From an uncultured delta proteobacterium (GTDB lineage Bacteria; Myxococcota; Myxococcia; Myxococcales; Myxococcaceae), in assembly GCA_963713045.1 (NCBI GenBank), contig CAVQKE010000005.1, positions 32,001 through 96,000 on the forward strand: 64,000 nucleotides of DNA, read 5' to 3'. Both the position numbers and the translations under genes were made by a program. Each line of letters starts with the position of its first letter. Position 1 is the stretch's first letter. This document shows, piece after piece, positions 22,185 through 31,463 of this stretch. The notes under the pieces are model-generated. The model was not told where the DNA came from and searched no databases. It worked only from the letters and a program-made list of their open reading frames with translations.

Positions 22185-22430
22185 ATGGCCAGACTGGACA
22201 GTGAAGAACGTAACGCGGAACCCGGTGGTACCTTCGCCTTCCCGAAGCAACGCAAAGAGCCACTCGAGGACGCTTCCCACGTGCGGAATGCCGTTGCGCG
22301 TTTCAACCAGGTTCAAGGCGTAAGCGACGACGAGCGCGACGAGGCTTGGAAGCGCATCCAGGCGGCCGCCAAGAAATTCGGCGTCGACGTCAAAGAAGGC
22401 ACCTGGCGCGAGCTTCATCCGAAGAAGTAA
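22185..22430 (+). CDS. Small conserved hypothetical protein (DUF6582-like)
   Basis: AAGGAG RBS; FAFPKQRKEPLEDASHVRNAVARFNQV motif. Confidence 0.75.
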   Translation: MARLDSEERNAEPGGTFAFPKQRKEPLEDASHVRNAVARFNQVQGVSDDERDEAWKRIQAAAKKFGVDVKEGTWRELHPKK

Positions 22431-22568
22431 GCCCTCAGGACCACGGCCGAGAGACCGATTGCACCCGGGGCCGCTGCGGCGGCTGAAGCGCCGTCTTCCG
22501 GCCCGAGGCTGAGTGCGCCCTTTGGGCCATTGAGGCGCCCGTGCATCCGCGACACACTGTCCGTCCCC

Positions 22569-22766
22569 ATGGACGTATTCTTCCTCTTTCACCCGGTGCT
22601 GTGGTGGAGAAGCCTCAGCCTCTCCGACCGGCGTGAATTGGTGGCGGTCCTCGTCGGGGTCTGCGTCATCCTTCTGACAACGTGGCTCGGCGTACGCCGG
22701 TGGTGGCGACGCTGGAAGCGGGACCCCAACGACGCCGACGCGGACGAGGAGGAGGCCGAGGAGTAG
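22569..22766 (+). CDS. Small membrane protein
   Basis: One TM helix, WWRRWKR, acidic tail. Confidence 0.5.
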   Translation: MDVFFLFHPVLWWRSLSLSDRRELVAVLVGVCVILLTTWLGVRRWWRRWKRDPNDADADEEEAEE

Positions 22767-22796
22767 GGAGGAGCCCGCCCGCCCTGCTGAAGCCAG

Positions 22797-23000
22797 CTAC
22801 GGCTTGCGTACCCAGCCCCCCTCGCGCTTCTCATAGCTGCGCTTGACGGCAGCCCACGCCACGCGCGCTGCCCTCACCTCGTCCTGTCCGTATTCCGCCA
22901 ACGCATGGTTGAAGGCTTCGCGGTAAATGTCCTGGGCATGGTTCGGCAACACGTGCTGCACGCTGTGTGGAAGTTGCGAGTTGTCCAAGTAGGGTGCCAT
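22797..23000 (-). CDS. chaB: ChaB family protein
   Basis: LPNHAQDIYREAFNHA...AARVAWAAVKRSYEK. Confidence 0.9.
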   Translation of the reverse strand: MAPYLDNSQLPHSVQHVLPNHAQDIYREAFNHALAEYGQDEVRAARVAWAAVKRSYEKREGGWVRKP

Positions 23001-23265
23001 GTCTCGACCCGTCGCAATGGTGGTACCCGCGCTCGCCTTCCGCAAGTCATTTGCAGGCCAGAAGCCCCCCGCAGTGGAGCATCCCCGACGCTTCGTTGAA
23101 TTCGCGCCACCGAGCGACACGCTCTCTTCAAGGCACCGCCTCTGCACCTTCGTTTGGCAGTGTGAGGTGTGCCGGTTTCTCGCCGCGTGAGCTCTCCTGA
23201 AGCAGACTTGCCAAGAGCCATCAGGGACGAGAGGCAAGCCTGCGGCTCGGAGAGCTACCCCCGGC

Positions 23266-24168
23266 GTGTCCCCTCCGTGCCCCCACTGCGGCTTTACCGG
23301 TCCGAGCCTTGACCCGGGGACCTGCGGCCGCTGCGGGGTCATCTTCTCTCGCCTTCACATCGCGCCGGCGCCTGCGCGGGAGGCCCCGCTGGAACCGGCG
23401 GCCCCGCCGGACGACGCATTGGTCGACGCGCCGGACGTTGGCGCCCGCAGCGAAAACGGTTGGGCCCTCCCCCTCGCCTTCGGCGTCGCGCTGCTCCTCA
23501 ACAGCAACGGCTGCGGTCGGCTCGTCGTCTTCTCGACCGCGTCGAACTGGTCGCACGAGTTGGGCCATGCCACCTGGCGCTGGCTGAACGGCCGCAGTGC
23601 CATCCCCGCACTCTTCTTCACCTTTTACTCGGAACCGGGGCGCTCGGTCGTCTTCTCACTGCTTGTCGTCGGCGGTCTGGTTGCGCTTCTGCTCTGGGCG
23701 CGCAGCGCGGACTGCCGGGGTCTGGTGGCTCTCGCAGCCGCTTTCTTGGCCGTTTTCGCTGGCTTGGCCATCGCCATGCCAGTGGCCAAAGAGCACCTCC
23801 TGGAAAGCTTCGCTGGCATCTTCGGCGAGTTTTGGATTTCGACCTTGTGGGTCGTCCTCTTCTACTTCCAGTTTCCGGCTTCGGTCCGATGGCAACAGCT
23901 GCGTTGGGCCTTCCTCTTCCTCGGCGCAGCCGCGTACACCCGCATCCTGGGCATTTTTCTCGCCTCACGCACGGACATGAGCCGGCTTCCGTGGGGCTCC
24001 TTCTACGGGGGCGACGGAGACCTCGACAAATTGCTGGCTGCGGGCTGGCTCGTCCCCTTCATTCGCCAGGTGTACTTCACGGTTGCGGTCATCTGCGGCG
24101 TCATACTCGTGCTTTACTACGTCTACTTTCTTTGGCAGTTGCAGCAAGCCCGCCGGGCGCCCCCTTGA
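23266..24168 (+). CDS. Membrane protein with N-terminal zinc ribbon and HExxH motif (M50-like peptidase candidate)
   Basis: CPHCG...CGRCG, HELGH within a hydrophobic region, distal GDGD. Confidence 0.65.
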   Translation: MSPPCPHCGFTGPSLDPGTCGRCGVIFSRLHIAPAPAREAPLEPAAPPDDALVDAPDVGARSENGWALPLAFGVALLLNSNGCGRLVVFSTASNWSHELGHATWRWLNGRSAIPALFFTFYSEPGRSVVFSLLVVGGLVALLLWARSADCRGLVALAAAFLAVFAGLAIAMPVAKEHLLESFAGIFGEFWISTLWVVLFYFQFPASVRWQQLRWAFLFLGAAAYTRILGIFLASRTDMSRLPWGSFYGGDGDLDKLLAAGWLVPFIRQVYFTVAVICGVILVLYYVYFLWQLQQARRAPP

Positions 24169-24372
24169 GGGCCGCCAGCCAGTCCGTGCTTTCAGCTGCG
24201 GCTGCAAGCGACCTGAGGGGATGCTTGGCGCGACGCGGCATGTTTTCTGGCCGCCCTGCGCGGCTAGCGAGCGCTCCTGCGGACCGTCGGCGAGCCAAAG
24301 CCGCATCGAGCAAAAACCAGAACTGGCCGCGCGCCTGAGAGCTACAGTCAAGTGGCTGCTAAGGAGGACATC

Positions 24373-25116
24373 ATGGCTGAGCGCGTCGCGGTCGTTACCG
24401 GCGGAACGGGTGGGCTGGGAGCGACCATCAGTACCAAGCTGCATGACCGAGGCTACATCGTTGTCATCACCTATTCGCCGAGCAACACCACCATCCAAGA
24501 GACGCTCTCGGAGTTCAAGTCGAAGGGCTACAACTTTCGTGCCTACCAGGTGGACGTCGCGGATTTCGACTCTTGCCGAAGCTGTGTCGAGAAAATCCAC
24601 AAAGAGGTGGGCCCGGTCGACATCCTCATCAACAACGCCGGCATCACCCGCGACATGACGTTCCGGAAGATGACGAAGGGGGACTGGGACGCCGTGCTGC
24701 GGACGAATCTCGACAGCATCTTCAACATGACGAAGCATGTCTGCGACGGCATGGTCGAGCGCGGCTGGGGACGCATCATCAACGTCAGTTCTGTCAACGG
24801 CTCAAAAGGTGCCTTTGGTCAGACGAATTACGCTGCGGCGAAGGCCGGCATGCACGGCTTCAGCAAGGCTCTCGCCTTGGAAGTCGCGCGCAAGGGCGTC
24901 ACCGTCAATACCATCAGTCCTGGCTACATCGGGACGAAGATGGTGACGGCCATCCCCAAGGAAGTCTTGGACACAAAAATCATCCCCCAAATTCCTGTCG
25001 GCCGCCTCGGCAAGCCGGAGGAGGTGGCCGGTCTCATCATCTACCTCTGTTCCGACGAGGCAGCCTTCGTCACAGGGGCCAACATCGCCATCAACGGCGG
25101 CCAGCACATGCAGTGA
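24373..25116 (+). CDS. phbB: Acetoacetyl-CoA reductase
   Basis: TGGTGGLG, NNAGITRD, SSVNGSKGAFGQTNYAAAKAG, INGGQHM; AAGGAGG RBS. Confidence 0.92.
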   Translation: MAERVAVVTGGTGGLGATISTKLHDRGYIVVITYSPSNTTIQETLSEFKSKGYNFRAYQVDVADFDSCRSCVEKIHKEVGPVDILINNAGITRDMTFRKMTKGDWDAVLRTNLDSIFNMTKHVCDGMVERGWGRIINVSSVNGSKGAFGQTNYAAAKAGMHGFSKALALEVARKGVTVNTISPGYIGTKMVTAIPKEVLDTKIIPQIPVGRLGKPEEVAGLIIYLCSDEAAFVTGANIAINGGQHMQ

Positions 25117-25523
25117 CGCCACACGGCCAAGGTCCGAGACCGCCAGACCTGCTTTGCGGCGCGCTTCGTCTTCTTCTTCGTCTTTGGCGGTAGCGTCGAG
25201 ACCAGCGCCAGCGCCGCTTCAAGCAAAGCCGCCAAGCGCTTGGGCTGAGCAACCACCGTCGCTGGAATGACGAGCCAGTCCTTCATCACTTTTCCGGTTC
25301 GCATGGGGTCAAAGCCGGCGGCCTGAGCGAGGTCCGGCAACTTCTTCCAAAGCGCTTCCGGCAAGCGGATGACTGCGTTCTCCTCATGCAAGCCGGCGAA
25401 GAAATGGCCGTGCACGAAGGCCGCTGGATAGCCGAACATTTTCTTCGGCTCGACGAGGGGACTTTGGGGCAGCGCCGCTTCGAAGCGTGCGATGAGGTCC
25501 GGTGGAGATTTCTTGAAGCCCAT
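25041..25523 (-). CDS. TfoX/Sxy N-terminal domain protein
   Basis: KKMFGYPAAFVHGHFFAGLH...FDPM...MKDW. The 3' end overlaps phbB, so the stop is uncertain. Confidence 0.75.
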   Translation of the reverse strand: MGFKKSPPDLIARFEAALPQSPLVEPKKMFGYPAAFVHGHFFAGLHEENAVIRLPEALWKKLPDLAQAAGFDPMRTGKVMKDWLVIPATVVAQPKRLAALLEAALALVSTLPPKTKKKTKRAAKQVWRSRTLAVWRHCMCWPPLMAMLAPVTKAASSEQR

Positions 25524-25839
25524 GTCCGTGACGTTACCCACGCCACACCGTCCCGGGGTGCGCTTCGTCGTCGGATGCGGTCGTCGGTACGCAACCGGCA
25601 GAGCGACATGACGTAGATCCGGTAATACCTCCGACGCGCATGAAGGCAAGTGCCACGGAGAATCGGGCGTCGATTGTGCGCGCCACGACCTCTTCAACTA
25701 TGTCACAAATGGGTTGGTCGACCCCAACTCGGATGCCAAAGGTTGGCGGCGAGGATCGGAACTTTCGGTCTCTAACCAGGCGAGTGACCCCGGGTCGCCG
25801 TGCCCGAGCGAGTCTCATGCGTTGCGGAGGAGCATAGGC

Positions 25840-27258
25840 GTGCGAGCACGAATCGCGGCACCCACCTCGGTGGCGGCTCTCGCTGCATGGCTGGATTTCA
25901 GCCGCCTACAGGAGTTCCATCACGCTGACAGCCTTGTGCCCGTGCTCACGGGGTTAACCGCCTGGACGCCATTCTATTGGGGACAAGACCGCTACGGCAT
26001 GCTCATCCCGCTGCTCGCGCTTCCGGTTCGAGACCCGGCGTCGCACCTCTTGTTGCAAGGGTTTTTGACGATGGCGCTTTCGGTTTGGGGGCTCATCCTG
26101 TTGGTCCAAATTCTGCTCCCGCGCTCGGTGCCGTGGACTGCGGCGGCCGCACTCCTCGTCATACTGCTGCTCCTAATCCCCCCAGCGGAAGAGGTGCGCT
26201 TCAACATCCTCTGGGTGCAGCCCTACATGCTGTCAATCGGCCTCGCACTAACAGCAATGAAACTAGTAAATCGTCGTAGTACATCGCGGATTGCGACGGC
26301 AGCCCTCCTCTATCTCGCGGCAGCCTGGGTTAACGTCAGTATGGCCACGGTAGTAGCGCCACTGGTGCTCTGGCGGGCGCTCGTCACGGACTACGGGCGC
26401 CTCGGCCTAGCGCGCCTTCGTTTCGCGGTCATCAATCTCCTCTTCGTCGCCATTGCAACATACGCCTCCGTTCGCTTGTCCCAAGCAGTCTCCCTGCCTC
26501 ACAACTCTACTGAACTCGTGCCCGCAGCGGCTTGGCCCTCCGCGGCGCGTGCCTTGTTCCGGGCAGCGAGTGGCTACGAGAAGGTACGTGCTTGGGTTGG
26601 CATGGCGCTCGGGCTCGCCGCACTCGGGCTTCTGGGTCTCGCCGCAGCGTCTGTTCGGCGGTTCGCCCGGCCCATTCTGAGCGCGGCCTGCGGGCTCGTC
26701 CTAACTGCGATTGTCCCCTTCGTGCTTGCCGCCTCCTCGCGCTGGGTGGCCCAAAACAACTATTCCGTGCGCTACCTGATTCCAACCTTCGTGTTGCTGC
26801 AAGCAGCTTGCTGCCTGCTAGCGACACTTCCAATGCTCACTTTACACGCCGACCAGCAGCGTGCGCTGAATTGGGCAAGCGTGGCCGCAGTCGCTATCGC
26901 ATTGCTGTTAGCAGTCGGCCCACCAAGCCGGAAGGCAGTGGAGCACGCATTCGAGTCTCGCTGGGGAACCACCGCGCGAGAGGTCATCGCCGGGCGGGCG
27001 ACGCATGTCACCGGCGACTACTGGAAGGTGTGGCCCACTGTCTTCTACGCAAGCTGGCTCTTGGGCACGCCGGGGCGCAAGGACTGGCCCTACGGCCTCG
27101 CCGACCGGAGCATCGCCACCCTGTCGAGGTCGCGCGCCGTTTCTCATCCCCGGGTTGCCGCCATCGGTTCCGTTACCACCGGTCTCGCCCTTCTCGGGCC
27201 GCAGCGCTGGTACATCGCGGAGCGTCGCCCTACCTGCGTGATTCTCGCCGTTCATTGA
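25840..27258 (+). CDS. Polytopic membrane protein, possible GT-C glycosyltransferase
   Basis: HADS...PFYWGQDRYG loop, many TM helices, RYLIP motif, soluble C-terminal tail. Start uncertain. Confidence 0.55.
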   Translation: MRARIAAPTSVAALAAWLDFSRLQEFHHADSLVPVLTGLTAWTPFYWGQDRYGMLIPLLALPVRDPASHLLLQGFLTMALSVWGLILLVQILLPRSVPWTAAAALLVILLLLIPPAEEVRFNILWVQPYMLSIGLALTAMKLVNRRSTSRIATAALLYLAAAWVNVSMATVVAPLVLWRALVTDYGRLGLARLRFAVINLLFVAIATYASVRLSQAVSLPHNSTELVPAAAWPSAARALFRAASGYEKVRAWVGMALGLAALGLLGLAAASVRRFARPILSAACGLVLTAIVPFVLAASSRWVAQNNYSVRYLIPTFVLLQAACCLLATLPMLTLHADQQRALNWASVAAVAIALLLAVGPPSRKAVEHAFESRWGTTAREVIAGRATHVTGDYWKVWPTVFYASWLLGTPGRKDWPYGLADRSIATLSRSRAVSHPRVAAIGSVTTGLALLGPQRWYIAERRPTCVILAVH

Positions 27259-27502
27259 ATTGAAGCGTCGGCCGGCAGCGAGGCTGACCGAGATTCATAG
27301 CCGGCACCGCTCTCGCCGTCGCAGGGCAAGCCATTTTTCGCCGAGACGAGAGGTTGCAACCGCTGAGGGACGGCGCCGATGTAGTCGCGTGGCAGCTCGT
27401 GAACGATGGCACGGCTCCGCAGTCCTCAGAGCGGCGCCGTGTACCAGCGTGGTTTACCTTGTGCTTTGAGGGGCCGGCGCTGACACTCGTGGCGCAATTG
27501 AA

Positions 27503-29018
27503 GATGACGAACCTCCAATGGCTGATGGAGCGAGACATCCTGTGGGATGCACCGCTTTGGGCTCGTGCTCTCCTTGTGGTCACGGCGCTGAGCTTGGTCG
27601 GTCTCCGGTTTGCTGATCGGGACCTCGTGCCCTACATTCTAGACGAGCCTCATTTCCAAGACGCGGCTCGCGAGCACGTACGAGATGGGACGTGGGGGAG
27701 TATCAGCCCGCTAACCGGGAATCTCGGCGTCGCCTACGGTCCCGCCCCCGTGTGGTTCTACACGGCAGTGCATCACTTGGTGGGCCCTCGGCCAGAACGC
27801 AGTGTGATGGCCGTTACGTTATTTCTTTCGCTCACGGACCTGCTCCTCGCCGCTGTTCTAGCCTGCTCCCTGCGTGGCGGGTGGCTCCTCTTCGCGACGC
27901 TCGCCGCTCTGCTGGCTGGTTCCCCTTTCCTCTTTTTTTGGTCGCGCGTCGCATGGGAGGTATTTTCTGGATACATCGCGCTAACCGTCGCGCTTCTGGC
28001 GAGCGCCCGTCCAGTCGGCGTCGCCCGCGGAGCGCTCATTGGCGCCTTCTTGGGTCTCGCGCTCACAAGTCACCCGATGACAGTACCGGTGGTGCTTGCC
28101 ACCCTAGCCGCGCTCGGTTGGGAGGTCGCCCGCCGTCAGTCAAGCGCAAGGGGGCTGGCCGCTACCGTGAGCGTTCTCGTTCTCGTAAATCTCCCCTACC
28201 TCAGGGCTCTCCACGCCGCTCAGCCCGCCGCACTTCCCCCTGGGCCAGGCCTTGGCGTCCGGCTTCTCAGCATACCGGCGCGGCTCGGCATGGAACTCCT
28301 TGAGCCTGCCCGGGTCATGACAACCAACGGCGTGAGCTATTTCTTCGACGACGCTTGGTCAGACTTCCTCGCGTGGCTAGGGCCCGCCAGAGCTTTCCTC
28401 GCCCTGGGGCCTGTCCTGACAATCGTCCTGTCGTTGCTCGCGGCCTCAGGGCTTCTCTGGGCGGCGCGCTACGGGCCCGCGGGCGCGCGCCGCATCGCGC
28501 GCGTCGGACTCTTGGCCTGGATTGGCCTCGCCGTTTTGCTCTCGGCCATCGGCCTCCCTGTCCATCCGCATTACCAACTCGCCGCTTACTGGCTAATGCC
28601 GGCTGGGGTTGGTGCTCTTGCCGTGGCCCTCCAGCGTCAGCACCCATACCTAGGCCGAGGACTACTTGCCGGAGTATGGGTATTGGCCGTGGCCGAGGCG
28701 AGCTTCAACGAGGCTTGGATGCGGTGGGTGCGCGAGCGAGGAGGAACAGACGGTACCCATTATTCGCTGCCGCTGGCTGCGCAACGCGCGCTGCTCAAGA
28801 CAGCGTGTTCTAGTGACCGGCCGCAGGTAGCCCTCGCCAACCATACCAGCCTCTTTGGCGATAGCCTGCTTAGCCTCGCGCAAACTGAGCCGGCTTGCGC
28901 GGGTAAGTTTATTGGCATCTGCCGAGGAGACTGTCGGGCGCTGGACCCCCGATGGCAGGTGCTTTCCTTGCGCTATGCTTCTCCGCCGGGCGGGCGGCTA
29001 GCGCCGCTGGTACGCTGA
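27503..29018 (+). CDS. Polytopic membrane protein, ArnT/PMT-like (GT-C) candidate
   Basis: DE motif after TM1 (ILDEP), YGPAPVWFY, many TM helices. Start uncertain. Confidence 0.55.
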
Positions 29019-29249
29019 TCATGGCTGGCCCTCCCACGCGTGTCCCGCGAAACGGACGAAAGCGTACCGCGGCATGGCCGACGCGGGAGGCACGCGGCTG
29101 CGAGCGACGAGGCCTGCTCGCAGACCGGAGTCTGCAACTCTCGGTTGGCAGCTAAGCGGTGGACGAAGCCACTCAGGCCTTGACGATGACTGAGCCTGCG
29201 AAGACCTCGCTGGCTGAGGTTGCCCTAGCCCGCGAAGCAGGACCTGCCA

Positions 29250-30158
29250 TCACACCTTGAAGTAGTGACCTTGGTCGAGATCCGGCAGAAGCGCGGGATG
29301 AGTCGGGTGCCAGCTGAGCTGCTCGCGGGTACGCGCGCTCGAGGCCGGGCAGTCAAGGGCGAAGAAGTGCCCGAGCCAGCCAAAGTGCTCCAAGGCCTCC
29401 TGGCCGGTTTTGGAGACCACCGGCAGCTTCAGGTGGCGGCCGATGACCTTGGCGATGTCCCGGGTCGGCACCCCCTCCTCCGCGACTCCGTGGAATCTGC
29501 TTCCGGGAGGGCCCTTCTCGACCGCCAGCCGGAAGAGACGGGCCACGTCGAGCCGGTGCGCCGCGGGCCAGCGGTTGGCCCCGTCGCCGATGAAAGCCGA
29601 GGCCCCTTTGGCCCGGGCAATCCCGATGAGCAAGTAGACTAAGCCGTGGTCGCCTTCGCCGTGGACCGAGGGCGGCAGGCGCATGACGATCGCGCGGACG
29701 CCACGGGTCGCCAGCGCCAGGGTGGCCCGCTCCGAGGGCAGGCGCGTGGCCACGGCGGATTTGGCATCGGCCTCGTCCGCTTCGGTGCCCAGACGGCCCG
29801 GTTCGAACCCCGCCGCTGCCGACCCGGAGCAGATGACGAAGGGCCGGTCCGAGCCGGCCAGCGCGGCGCCGATGGTCTCGATGGCCGTGAGATCGGCTTT
29901 GGCGGCCACCTCACGGCTCACGTTGACGAAGTCGTGGTTGAAGGCGGTGTGGATGACTCCTTCGCAGGCCGCCGCGCCGCGGGTGAGGCTCTCGAGGTCT
30001 TCGAGCGAACCGCGGTGAACCTCGGCCCCGGCGGCCGTCAGCTTCTGGGCGTTGGCCTCCGAACGCGCCAGGCCCAGCACCCGGTGGCCGTTGCGAAGGA
30101 GTTCCTGAGTGACCGCCGAGCCGATAAAGCCGGTGGCGCCAGTGACAAAGATGCGCAT
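29250..30158 (-). CDS. NAD-dependent epimerase/dehydratase (atypical SDR)
   Basis: MRIFVTGATGFIGS, VIHTAFNHDF. Confidence 0.9.
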   Translation of the reverse strand: MRIFVTGATGFIGSAVTQELLRNGHRVLGLARSEANAQKLTAAGAEVHRGSLEDLESLTRGAAACEGVIHTAFNHDFVNVSREVAAKADLTAIETIGAALAGSDRPFVICSGSAAAGFEPGRLGTEADEADAKSAVATRLPSERATLALATRGVRAIVMRLPPSVHGEGDHGLVYLLIGIARAKGASAFIGDGANRWPAAHRLDVARLFRLAVEKGPPGSRFHGVAEEGVPTRDIAKVIGRHLKLPVVSKTGQEALEHFGWLGHFFALDCPASSARTREQLSWHPTHPALLPDLDQGHYFKV

Positions 30159-30203
30159 GGTAGAGACCTCGGGATGGTGCAGCAGTGGCCGCTGCGGTAC
30201 ATT

Positions 30204-30250
30204 CGGAACCATGGTTCCGTTACCATCCATATACGGAGTTGCCCCTCCGT
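30204..30250. promoter_or_regulatory. Two CGGA-N8-TCCG palindromes, likely TetR operators in a divergent promoter
   Basis: CGGAACCATGGTTCCG (30204-30219, perfect palindrome) and ACGGAG-TTGCCC-CTCCGT (30233-30250). Confidence 0.65.
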
Positions 30251-30272
30251 TTGTCAACTCCTTCGGGTACAG

Positions 30273-30857
30273 ATGACCGCCTACCGCCGACCGCTGAGAG
30301 CCGATGCGAGGCGAAATCGGGAACATTTGCTGGAGGTTGCTCGTCATGTCTTCGCTGCCGAAGGGCTGGCGGTTCCCATCGACGAAATCGCTCGGCGCGC
30401 CGGGCTCGGGATTGGAACCGTCTACCGGCACTTTCCAAACAAAGAAGCCCTCTTCGAGGCAATTGTCCTCGACCGTCTGGAACAGTTCGTCGACCGAGCG
30501 GACACCTTGCGAAGTGCGGGCGATCCCGGTGCGGCGTTCGTCGAGTTTCTGGAGAGATATTCGGCCGCTGGTGCTTCCAAGCGCGACTACGTCGAAGCGC
30601 TCGCCCGAAGTGGGATCGACGTGATGGGTGGGCGCGCCCGCAAGATTGCGAAACGCATTCGAGATTTGTTCGGATTTCTTTTGTCGCGTGCCCAGAAGGT
30701 CGGTGCCATTCGAACGGACGTCCGCGTGGAGGAAATCCTGGCGCTGCTACAAGGTCTCTCGGCTGCAAACACCGCCTATGCGGGGACAATGGAAGGGCGA
30801 CGTCGGATTTGGGCGGTCGTCCTGGATGGCCTACGCGGATCAGGCGCGGCCAAATGA
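30273..30857 (+). CDS. TetR/AcrR family regulator
   Basis: LRADARRNR...IARRAGLGIGTVYRHFPNKEAL. Confidence 0.93.
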   Translation: MTAYRRPLRADARRNREHLLEVARHVFAAEGLAVPIDEIARRAGLGIGTVYRHFPNKEALFEAIVLDRLEQFVDRADTLRSAGDPGAAFVEFLERYSAAGASKRDYVEALARSGIDVMGGRARKIAKRIRDLFGFLLSRAQKVGAIRTDVRVEEILALLQGLSAANTAYAGTMEGRRRIWAVVLDGLRGSGAAK

Positions 30858-31463
30858 AGACCACCTGGGACAGACACACTTCTGCTTTTCGAGAGGAGCG
30901 GTGAAGGCGGGGAGGCGATACCGGCGCTACTTGAGACGCTTGTGGAACGGGACGAGGCCGCCATTGACCGGCTCAGCGCCTTCGTCCGGTCTGCCCTCTT
31001 TTCGAGACTAAGACGGATGAGAAGGCCTCCTTCCAGTCGTTCCGGATGAAGGCGGCTTAGCTCCTTCGATGCTGTTCGCCACGCGGTGGGCCGAGTGGAG
31101 GGTGGGGACCGACCGTGGAAGGAGCAGCACAGCACTCGCGGCGACCGAAGAGCGTGAAAGCCAGGACTTTGCACGTCTGCTTCCGTCCTCAGTCGCTCCC
31201 TGTGTGAGCGACCATCAGCAGAGGCCCTCGGTTGTCGACAGGGGCTTGTCCCGACGCCCGGAGAGGCAAAGCACCTGGCCGGGACGCTTCAGTGTGCACG
31301 GCCGATCGCAACGGTGAACGACGGAGCACCTGCGTCGTGCCCTTGGGGACACAACGAATTGCCGTTCTCACTCGAAAGTGAAAGTGGCACGGCATCTGCT
31401 CTTCCGCACACCGTCCAGTTTCGACGTCGTTCAAAAGCCTGAAGAAGCTCGCCGGAGGGGGCG

